From Eledone cirrhosa (lineage: Eukaryota), in the NCBI GenBank assembly GCA_964016885.1, contig CAXHJY010001168.1:1-64000 (forward strand): DNA of 64,000 bases, given 5' to 3'. A program made the position numbers and the translations under genes. Shown in pieces: positions 22,381 to 33,191 of the stretch (position 1 is the first letter of the stretch; each line of letters begins with the position of its first letter). The notes below the pieces were generated by a model. The model saw only the letters and a program-made list of their open reading frames with translations. It ran no database searches and had not been told where the DNA came from.

Positions 22381-22887
22381 ATAGGCATTTGAACTGTCAA
22401 CAGGCTGCGGTTCGCACACACATCCCTGCTGACCATTATCACAACAACGAACCTCTTTACTACTACACACACACACACATATTTGTTGTGAAATACTTAT
22501 CTCTCAGTCAGCCGACACAAACCTACATTTGTCGCAAAATCAATTTTTTACATTCACATGACCTCTACCGACCAATCAAAATTGTTTTGACCACAAGAAT
22601 TTTTGCAACACGAATTGGCGCTAAAAACAGGTAGAATTCCCAAAACTAATCAGATCAGAGCAAACATCACGGACGCTCTATCTCAAAATTATTTTTGAAA
22701 AGCATTAGAAATGAGCAACCGGTAAAACTTAAAACCAAAACTTAATACTAACCAATACTATTACTAATTATCACTTATTCCTAATTAAACTATTTTTCAC
22801 TGTGAACAATTTGTCAGAATTTTCTATTCCGTTTACCAATATATATATATGTATATACATATATATGTATATATATATAAATATATA

Positions 22888-23693
22888 GACAGAGGACGCT
22901 GTCCCTTTAGAGGATACTGCTTGGCAGATAGGTCTATATATAGATGCACTATTACTAGCCACAATTGCGTTAAACATTATATAGGGGCCACCTCCGGCCC
23001 GTTCAAAATTAGGTTTCGAACACATCTCCACTCTTTCACAAATAGAAAACTAAGGCACTCCACTTCGCTCGCGGACTACATCACATCACTAAAGGACTTA
23101 AACATCAGCTTCTCCCACGCACTAGGAGATTGTCGGCAGGGCTGCACCGTACAACTTCAAGAGGAAATGCGATCTTTTCCTCATGGAGCTCTACCACGTC
23201 GTAACTGCACCCCACGAGCCCATCAACAGCAGAGCTGAAACAGCGATAGGTTGAACACATCGCTTAAAAATATCCTTCTTCAGATGGGTTAAGGATGAGG
23301 AGTGAAACCGCGCACCGGATCTCCCTGCAACAAGTCTTAACACCCCGGCGGGCAGGCGCTGCAAAATAACACCCAGGAAACAATCCTTGCATACCAGACC
23401 CAGCCTCAAACGACTCAAACAGATGCGGCAAAAAAAAAAAAAAAAAATTTGTCCGGGAAAGACTGCCCTAACACCGGCCAGAGTTACCTACCTTGACCTG
23501 CTGCAAAATCAAAACAAGCTATTTTTGCGAGCAATGAACCTTGAAGTGGATTTAACCCCCAAAACTCGAGCAATGTAAGGAACACTTTTGATTATTTATG
23601 CCCTTGAGACGCCCAACTGGGCGAAACGTACGTAGGTGCTGTTTTAAGTAAACATGTTTTAACGGTCTATTCTCCGATTTCTTACTTTCCCAC
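22888..23693 (+). mobile_element. 5'-truncated Penelope-like (Naiad-type) element: decayed GIY-YIG, 3' UTR and HHR
   Basis: CPFRGYC...IYRC...YIGATSGPFKIRFRTHLHSF...STSLA, then a frameshift to PYNFKRKCDLFLMEL...INSRAE...G*THR; HHR at 23600; TA on both sides. Confidence 0.88.
23600..23639 (+). ncRNA. Minimal type I hammerhead ribozyme, variant core TTGAGAC
   Basis: gccc-TTGAGAC-gccc aact gggc-GAAA-cgtacg-TA-ggtgc; palindromic stem III acgtacgt; GUA triplet. Confidence 0.7.
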
Positions 23694-23824
23694 GTATATA
23701 TATGTGTATATATATATATATATATGTGAATGTAGTAATTCCGTCGGAAAAGTCCAGGAAAAGAGAGTGCTCTATGTAGGTATCAGAGCTTAATAGTTAT
23801 GTAATAAACAACATAAGGCAATTA

Positions 23825-23885
23825 TTTCATTTACCAGTGGTTTCTTAAAAGCAATAAAATTTTGCTTTCAATCATCAGTATGAAA
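23825..23885 (-). ncRNA. Type I hammerhead ribozyme, canonical core
   Basis: Minus strand reads tttcata-CTGATGA-ttgaaagcaa aatttta ttgcttttaa-GAAA-ccactgg-TA-aatgaaa. Stem II is 10 bp, triplet GUA, stem I is 6 bp after one A.A mismatch. Confidence 0.85.
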
Positions 23886-23984
23886 AAATCCTGGAGTATT
23901 TATTGACGTTGGATTTTAAAAACAAAAGTGCAATCTATATGAAAGTGAGGCTGGAAAAGGAAGAAGGAAAGGAAAAATAAAATA

Positions 23985-24149
23985 AAAACATACATGCAAA
24001 CACACAATTATATACATACACATATATATATATATACATCCACACACACACACATACACACACACATATATCTGTATATATATACATACACATACATACA
24101 TCCACACATAAATATCAATATATCCATACATTCACATACATATATACAA

Positions 24150-24236
<87 letters not shown>

Positions 24237-24625
24237 CATACATATACATACACATACATACATACATAGACACAATCATACGTATAGGCACACACGTACA
24301 TACAAACACACATATATACACGCATACATACGCATGCACAAAAATAGAAATATATACACAAACCTCTACATACTCACACGCACAAATAAATATAGGTAAA
24401 AATATATAATAATAAAAAACATAAAAATGAATATAAAGACTGTTGACAGCGATACAGGCAACAAATAAATGTACAAACACACGTGGTAAGCAATACACAC
24501 AAATACACGTACACATACATACGTAAAAGTAAATACATACACACACTCTCACACATAAATATACATATACAAATACATAAACACATACATACGCATACAC
24601 AAATACATACACACACACTCACATA

Positions 24626-24720
<95 letters not shown>

Positions 24721-24851
24721 ATACATAACCATACAAATATACACATACATATACATACATATCACAAACAGATACATACAAATACAAACACACACACATA
24801 TGTGTGTAAAACTCATTCCTAGATAATTCATATGAACCTTATTTAACTCTA

Positions 24852-24884
<33 letters not shown>

Positions 24885-25335
24885 TACACATATACACACA
24901 CATACATACTCACATACCCATATATACCTACACACACATATATACATATATATACGTATGCATACGTACATACACACACACACACATATACATATATAAC
25001 AATATATATATATATATATATGAGAAAGAACATAATTATTATATATATATATAAAAAATAAATATTGTATATATAAAAAAATATTGTATATATAAAAATG
25101 AAAATAAAAAGTTGGGAATACGACAAATAATAAATAAAAAAATATATACTTAGAAAAGGGTATAAATGCTTATAGCAGATTTAGAGCACTCAACAAGTTC
25201 CTGGAGCAAAAGATCAATGGAAATAATCATTAAATCACTATATGTAATGATGCATATACATACAGCCTTATACATATATACATACACACACACACACACA
25301 CACAACCACAGAAATACACACACGCATACAATTAC

Positions 25336-25378
<43 letters not shown>

Positions 25379-25521
25379 TAGGAAAAAGTCTGACCCCACG
25401 GCGGAGCTCAAGCCTTTTCTGAGGCTATTATGTATATACACACAAAACCATTATTAAAAAAATACATATACACGCACAAATATACACACGCCCATACACA
25501 CACATACATACATACACATAT

Positions 25522-25570
<49 letters not shown>

Positions 25571-25781
25571 TACACACATACATACATATAAATATATACA
25601 CACACGCGCACAAATACAACATAAATAAATAATATATACGATATTATATACATATACATACAGATAGATATAAACAGATACACACACATATATACATACA
25701 CATATACATATACACACACACATACATACACATATATATATATACACATATATATATATATACACATATATATACATACAT

Positions 25782-25814
<33 letters not shown>

Positions 25815-25835
25815 CACATATACATACATATACGC
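23985..25835. repeat. Mosaic (CA)n/(TA)n low-complexity region between the PLE ORF and its HHR
   Basis: Direct reading. Confidence 0.9.
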
Positions 25836-27035
25836 AACACAAAAAAAATTAATATCTAAAAATAAAAAAAAATTTGGTATCTGAATTGTAAGGCAAAAAA
25901 ATAGGGGGGGGGGGGAATAATTGACATAGGAAAAGGTTTAAATATAAGGGGAGATAAGGGAGAAAGAGAATACAAGAGTACAGAACGTGGATTCAGCAGG
26001 TAAAAAAACCGTAGTGGAAGTAAAGAGCAGAGAAGGAGTTCAAGGTGGTTGAGTTATCATAGGAATGTCAATCCAGTTACAGATCAGATGTGATTTCAGC
26101 TGAGGACAACATCTGAAGATCTCGGTCTTTGAGTTCAGGCAAGCAGAAGTGGCTTTCAAACTTAGCAAAATCCTATATTTTTCTGTGGTACACAAAGAAC
26201 AATTCTTTGTGCCCCTTTGGTACTCCCTCGAATGGTCTAAAATAGACCAATCGATAGAGTACGGGATGTTTTTATCCTTGAATTCCCACACCTTACTTGC
26301 GAGGGCCGTTGTTGTTCGTTTATCGGAGTGCTTAAAAGAAGCGACATGTGCATAAAACCTGGTTTTAAACCTGTCCTGGGTCATGCCAACATATCGCTCA
26401 CTCCTGGCTGGCTGGTTGTTGATTAAATGTGTCACTTTAGCCTCATAAACAACAGATTTGGTGTTACATTTGCCCTGCAATGGGCATTCATCCGGCTTCC
26501 TGCAACTATCCTGGATTTGTTCTCGTATGATATGAATTAGTGATCTTGGACTTCATTGATGGGCAACAATAGTAACTGATCTTAACTACATTGCTATTAA
26601 ATATCTTATAATATCTATGATTAGGAGGAAAATGTTTACCTAAGAGTTCAAGGAATTTCCTTCCTACATTAGTGTTGATAGTTAGAGAGAAGGGGGGTGT
26701 AAACCAAATAATTTTCCTTTTCCTATTATTGTGGTTAGTTTTAGGGGGGGGGGGGAGTAGGTAAATAATAAATTTGTTCTGTAAAACCGCTGTTTTTAAG
26801 GGCTTTATTATAATAAGGGGCGGCTTTATTAAAAATGTCTATAGACGAAGATAAGGTAGAAATCCTACGGCTAATGTTGGGAATAAGATTTTTAAAAACA
26901 ATAGGGGGATGGCAAGACTCTTTGTCGATATACCTAAGATTTTCATTAGGTTTATAAGGTTTAAAAGAGGCGGTAAGTAGATCAATAATAGGAAAAGGAA
27001 AATTATTTGGTTTACACCCCCCTTCTCTCTAACTG

Positions 27036-28146
27036 TCAGGACAAAGTGAACTCGCGGGTCTTATACGCAATACGTCTCTGATTATTTGGGACGACGCTCC
27101 AATGGCACACAGATATTTGATGGAGGCATTGGACAAAACTTTGAGAGATATCTGCGGTAGTGACCTGCCATTCGGTGGTAAGACTATCGTTCTTGGTGGC
27201 GATTTCAGACAGGTGCTACCAATTGTTAGGAATGCTCAAAGAGCGCAAATTGTCGATGCATGTCTGAAAAAGTCCCCGTTGTGGCGCCATTTCAGAGTTT
27301 TGCAATTACACGATAATATGCGACTTCGTATGTTCGGGAAAAACGAAGAGGCTGAGACATACGGCCGATGGTTGATGTAGTTGGGAAACGATGAATTGCC
27401 ACACGTTGGTGATAATCAGACTGTAAGAATCCCAGACCATTTGGTCATCCACTGGACCGCCAAGCATTGATTGACTGGGTGTTCCCTAATTTGAATGTTT
27501 TTTGGCAGAATATCTCCTGGATATCGGAACACGTTATTCTAACTCATACGAGTGCAACGGTCAACGAAATAAATTCACAAGTAGCCGGAATGTTTCCTGG
27601 AGAGAGGAATGGTTGACTGTCAGTGCGGATGCAATGGAGCCTAATCAGCAGAACAATATGGATGTTCCGACTGAGTATCTGAATTCACTTCAAATACCCG
27701 GATTTCCACCATAAATTTTGAGGTTGAAAAAGGGTATGCCGATTATATTGCTTAGAAATATCAATCATAAAATGGGTCTTTGCAATGATACCAGATTGAT
27801 TGTTGAGAGATTGATTAACGGAAGAGTTTTAGAAGCTAAACTCCCAGGCAGAGAGGAATCGGTTCTCATTCCGAGGATCATGCTGAGACCAAGTGAAGAT
27901 CTGCTGCCAATCATTTGGCAAAGGAGACAGTTTTCCGTCAATTTGGCCTTCTCCATGACTGTCAACAAGGCACAGGGACAGACTTTCAAGCGAGTCGGTG
28001 TCTACTTGAATGATCCAGCATTCAGCCATGGGCAACTGTATGTTACTGCATCTCGAGTGTGTGATCCTGATGGTATAAACTTTGCAATTGATACCACTAA
28101 CAGAAGAACAACCCTGAATATTGTCTATAATGAAGCTTTGAGCTGA
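27036..28146 (+). pseudogene. Helitron RepHel PIF1-like helicase, C-terminal part, with stops and frameshifts
   Basis: LIIWDDAPM, FGGKTIVLGGDFRQVLP, LKKGMPIILLRNIN...GLCNDTRL, RRQF...AFSMTVNKAQGQT, FSHGQLYVTASRV. Confidence 0.92.
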
Positions 28147-29252
28147 TGTATGCATATCTTTAATCCTATCAATAAGCGACGTAAATGATTCGGATATTGG
28201 TGTCCTTTGATCAGTATTGTGAGCTTTGACAGAGTTATCATTTATGTTCAATCTCATTTAATGTCGTTATGAGCAATAAAAACAAACAAGTATTGGTAAA
28301 AATTGCTTTCACTGCTATATTGCGCAATAAATACCAACAAGTATTGGTAGAAATTGCCTTCACTGCTATAAATATTCGACGTAAATGATTCAGACATTGG
28401 TGTCCTTTGATCAGTATTGTGAGTTTGACAGAGTTATCATTTCTGTTCAATGTCATTTATTGTCGATAATGAGCAATAAAAATCAACAAGTATTGGTAGA
28501 AATTGCCTTCAAACTTATCGCTTCTGATAGCGGTGGTAATGAAACGTCATCATATGCTGAGTCTGGCAAAAAGTTTGGTGCCTATGGCCGGGAAGAGCTA
28601 GAGTAATATTGATAAACGATTCTATTTTCGAAGTAGAAGGATCGGCCATTTGGAGTTCAAACCAGGCCACCTCCCCGAGTTGAACTCTGGACAATATTGA
28701 TTGTCTATTACTCAGTCGCTAAGAGCCTGGAAATTACTGAATAAATGTTTGTGTCATATAATTTGTTGTTTTATTATTATAACTGACCACTTATAGATAA
28801 GCATGTTATCCATATCCATATTAATTTGGCATTTGTATAAACCATTTCAAGTAAATAGGGACCTTTTTTACATTGACGGACACCTTTTATATTAATTATT
28901 TATATCTACATATAATATAAAAGATTGGAACTTCCATCATCCTTTTGAGAAACGTGGAACAACCACGTCTATGCAATGATACACGTTTTACAGTCAGGCA
29001 GAAGATGAACCATCTCCTAGAGGTCACTATTCTAGGTGGGAGCACCTAGAATTGTTCATATACTATGCACAAATGGTACAACGAAGAATCTGGTATATCT
29101 GGAAGATTTCTTGTACTGTTTTCTGTATCACACAGACACCACGGACTCGCCTCATACTGAAACCAGACAAACATCCAATACAGTCATTTTTTTCTTTTAC
29201 CTGTCTTCTCTTATCCTCTGTTTACCCGGGCGAAGCTGGGTGCGTCAGCTAG
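27036..29252 (+). mobile_element. 5'-deleted autonomous-type Helitron
   Basis: Helicase; ~200-bp tandem repeat at 28177-28510; 3' hairpin acccgggcgaagctgggt (29224-29241) followed by CTAG (29249-29252). Confidence 0.88.
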
Positions 29253-30348
29253 TCTATATATTAATTTCAACAACGTCAGTATTCCATGTGTCATAATTCT
29301 CGATTGTCATTGGTTCATAGGTTTCAAACGACTCCGCCCACCTCAACGAAATTAATACGCATAATGCCAATGAGGGAGTGAGAGGGGAGAGTAAGAAACA
29401 GCGAGGCAAAGTGAACGCTGTAACTAATACCATATGTGCGTGTGTATGTATGTGTGCGTATGTTTGTTTGTGTGCGTGCGTGCAGCGTTTCACAGAAAGT
29501 AAAAACTATCAACATGTGTGAGTGTGTAAGTGCACGGGTGCGTGTGTAAGTTTGCGTGCGTGTGTGCGTTTCTATTCGTGTATGTGTGTGTACGTGGGGC
29601 GTTCCACAATCCCCACGAAGTTTATCTGCCTGTGTGTCAGTCTAACATACACAGAGTTGTGAAGGGAGTAAATAGGGACCATTTTTTACATTGACGGACA
29701 ACTTTTATATTTACTATTGTGTCACTTTTTGACAAGTGCTCGAAATGATTACTGATAATAAAAGCAATTAGACTTTATCAAACAGTGAACTACAGCGGCG
29801 ACGGTGCGCAGCCAGAAATGAAGAAAAACGGGCCGAACAGCGCCATCGGAGCGCAGAACTTCGAGGCGAAGACGTGCCGCCATGAATGAAGAGGAGCTGG
29901 CTGAACAACGCCAACGAAACACTGGAGCCAAGCAGCGACAGCGTGCTGCGATGGTTGAAAACGAACTGACTGAGCATCATCTTTTATATTAATTATCTAT
30001 ATCTACATTTAATATAAAAGATTGGAACTTCCATCATCCCATGAGAAACGTGGAACAACCACGTCTATGCAATGATACACGTTTTACAGTCAGGCAGAAG
30101 ATGAACCATCTCCTAGAGGTCACTATTCTAGGTGGGAGTACCTAGAATTGTTCATATACTATGCACAAATGGTACAATGAAAAATCTGGTATATCTGGAA
30201 GATTTTCTTTTACTGTTTTCTGTATCACACAGATACCATGGACTCGCCTCATACTGTAACCAGACAAACATCCAATACAGTCATTTTCTCTTTTACCTGT
30301 CTTCTCTTATCATCTGTTTACCCGGGCGAAGCTGGGTACGTCAGTTAG
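29253..30348 (+). mobile_element. Non-autonomous, internally deleted Helitron
   Basis: Starts TCTATATATTAA; carries an R/E-rich RepHel N-terminal-like remnant (RRAAMNEEELAEQRQR, ~29800-29975); the last ~370 bp are near-identical to 28883-29252; ends with hairpin + TTAG followed by T. Confidence 0.85.
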
Positions 30349-30444
30349 TATATATATAATCTCACTTTCGGGGTGGGGAACTAAGTCAAATTGGCTAAAA
30401 CAATTTAATTTTAACTAATTTTAGAGACAGTTAACTTAGTAGAG

Positions 30445-30509
<65 letters not shown>

Positions 30510-30515
<6 letters not shown>

Positions 30516-30745
30516 CATACATACATACATACATACATACATACATACATACATACATACATACATACATACATACAGGCTTCCAACTCATTTCCGAGTA
30601 CGGCCACTACTTTATATCCATGTAGGAGAACCATTACCGATGCTCTGTACGAGTGTGACTTTTTAGTCCTGCCAGCGACTTGAAAACTCTGGTACAAACA
30701 CTACACTTGTGACAATTATTGACACATAGTGCTGGGCCCATGGTA
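30510..30745 (-). mobile_element. RTE-type LINE 3' end with terminal C2H2 finger and (TATG)n tail
   Basis: [23 protein letters not shown], then a short UTR and a tetranucleotide tail. Confidence 0.6.
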
Positions 30746-30755
30746 GATATATGCA

Positions 30756-30786
<31 letters not shown>

Positions 30787-30842
30787 GGATTGAGATGGAC
30801 GAGGCTGCATGGTTACTGACAACGAGTGCTAGAAGGTGTGTG

Positions 30843-30878
<36 letters not shown>

Positions 30879-31779
30879 CAACTCGCTTTCGCTTTCCAAT
30901 CACAAGATCTTGAGATTTAACCCGACATATGTCCCGGTAAATAATTATTTCTCCTAAGTTACTCATATCTTTAATTTTGTATGCTTAATAATTGGGTAAT
31001 TACATCATAGAAATGTTTTATTAAAATATCTTTATTGGAAAGTGGAGGTGATTAAGGATAATCAAGATAAACTATCAGATTACTCTTATGCAAACCATGT
31101 TAATTATCAAAACGCAAATTTTTAAGTTTGTATGATTGTTCATGTACCCAGCAATCCTAATATAAATGGCATACCAATCTTGGACTTCAAAATTTAAATC
31201 CACTCAATGATATTGGCTCACTCTTGTATAAATAACAGATGCCAATTTATTTTCATCTATATTCATTTCATAAACGAATTCAGCTGCAAAGCAATTTTCA
31301 GTATTTCTTAATTCGGATTTTTTTTTTAATTTAAGCCATTCAGTTATGATTATTCCCACATCAAGTTTAAAATGAAGAATTTGAAGTGTTTTTTTTTCTT
31401 CTTCTTCCTTTATTTCCCAGTTATATGATATCATGATCTGTCTTAATGAACCAATTGTATGTTTCTTATATAAGAAATTTCAAATGTTTTTCTAGAAAGT
31501 TTAGCAGAATCATGAAAAATGAGTGGCATACGCATCTAATTAAGATAATAGAAGTATTTTTCTCTTTAAACTTTCCAACCATAAAACTAACATCTTTTGT
31601 TGTAGATTTAATATATCGAAGCCATAAATTTGTTACCTAGGATTGATACTAATATGCTTTTTGGCTTTCATATGTCAAACAAGGGCCATTCCATTTAAAA
31701 TTATTCAGACAAATCTACTGAGACAAACCAGTAATTCTTTCAACAGCAAGTAACCATTTTTCAAACGATTCATTTCAAA

Positions 31780-31900
31780 GCCTGGCAGAGAAAGTGCGAA
31801 GTCGTTAGAACATCAGATAAAATTCGCCCCGGTTCTCTGTGCTCTGAGTTCAAATCCCACCGAGGTCGTTAAAGTACTAGTCAGATACTGGAGTCGATTC
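31780..31900 (+). mobile_element. Degenerate tRNA-derived SINE
   Basis: ctggcaga...gttagaa...ctgagttcaaatcccaccgaggtc (B-box), matching the SINE family in 47.9-62.8 kb. Confidence 0.7.
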
Positions 31901-32604
31901 TTCTTGTATATTTCTTTCTCACTTCCATCCTCTCTCTCTCTCACACACAATTTCTCTTCTTCTGTGGAAGATATTGACATGGAGGGAGAATGGATTTACT
32001 AAGTTTAAGTTGTCTAAGATACATCGTATGTCTCAACGGCATAACTACAAATTTATCAGGAGTTACGTATCCAAATATACATTTCGAAACCACTCACCAA
32101 ATTTTGGTTGTTTTGGCGTTTTATGGGTCACAGAATTTCATAGGTGAAAAGATTTAAAGAAAAACTGCAATCATTCGGCTACATAATAGATAACTGAATC
32201 AATTTCCTGTTTACACTATCAAATATTGATTCAGAAAAAGTGAAAGCTATTTTTTTTACATTTTTCCCCTTCATATTGGGAGTTTACAGACTGTCGTTAT
32301 AACTGCATAGTATTTATCTCTCCCTCTCTCTCGCTCTCTCTACCCACTCTCTCTCGCTCTCTCTACCCACTCTCTCTCGCTCTCTCTATCTCTCTTCCCG
32401 CCCTCTCTCTCGCTCTCTCTCTCTACCCTCCCTCTCTCTCTCCCTCTCTCTACCCTCCCTCTCTCTTGTGTGTGTTAGGTGTGTAGCTACAGTTACAGAC
32501 GGCGCACCGTTCGGAGCAATAGAAGCTGTTACAAAGTTCATCTCGTGTTGGGTTGTATTCTAGAATTAAGGCGGCTGGATGTGTTTTTGAACATATAATC
32601 TGGC

Positions 32605-32690
32605 ATATCTGAGGAGATGTCAAAGAAGAGTCCGAACTCGTTCATTATGATTGTACCTTGAGCTGATCGATATTGAAACAACTGTAATAT
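32605..32690 (+). ncRNA. Candidate type I hammerhead ribozyme with extended stem II
   Basis: atat-CTGAGGA (32609-32615)-gatgtc...gatatt-GAAA (32675-32678)-caactg-TA-atat. Confidence 0.55.
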
Positions 32691-32739
32691 ATATATGTGT
32701 ATATATATATGTAAATATATATGTATATATATATATTCG

Positions 32740-32774
<35 letters not shown>

Positions 32775-33191
32775 GTGTATATGTATATATATATATATAT
32801 ATATTGGTGTGTATATGTATATATATATGTATATATATTGGTGTGTATATGTATATATGTATATATATATGTATATATATTGGTGTGTATATGTATATAT
32901 GTATATATATGTATATATATTGGTGTGTATATATATATATGTATATATGTATATGTATATATATATATGTATATATGTATATGTATATATATATATGTAT
33001 ATATATATGTATATATGTATATGTATATATATATATGTATATATATATGTATATATGTATATGTATATATATATATGTATATATATATATGTATATATAT
33101 ATGTGTATATATATGTATATATATATGTATGATTTTATAAACCCATATACATTTAGTTGAGTTCTTTCAATTGTCCATCATCCATATCACA

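Larger units (their letters stand above)
23726..26982 (-). mobile_element. 5'-truncated Penelope-like (Naiad-type) element: RT thumb, GIY-YIG, long microsatellite-rich 3' region, HHR
   Basis: Minus strand gives YKPNENLRYIDKESCHPP...KIIWFTPPFS...HFPPNHRYYKIFN, then CRKPDECPLQGKC...VYEAKV...YVGMTQDRFKTRFYAH...CSLCTTEK...LNSKTEI (ORF 26040-26480); HHR at 23825-23885. Confidence 0.85.

Noticed and set aside
23295-23335. ATGA...AAA hairpin as a SECIS
   Set aside because: The helix is too short and there is no matching 3' GA quartet.
27036-28146. Host PIF1 gene
   Set aside because: Intronless, disrupted and followed by Helitron termini.
30634-30725. Host C2H2 zinc-finger gene
   Set aside because: A single finger with no TGEKP linkers, followed by a short UTR and simple-repeat tail as in RTE ORF ends.
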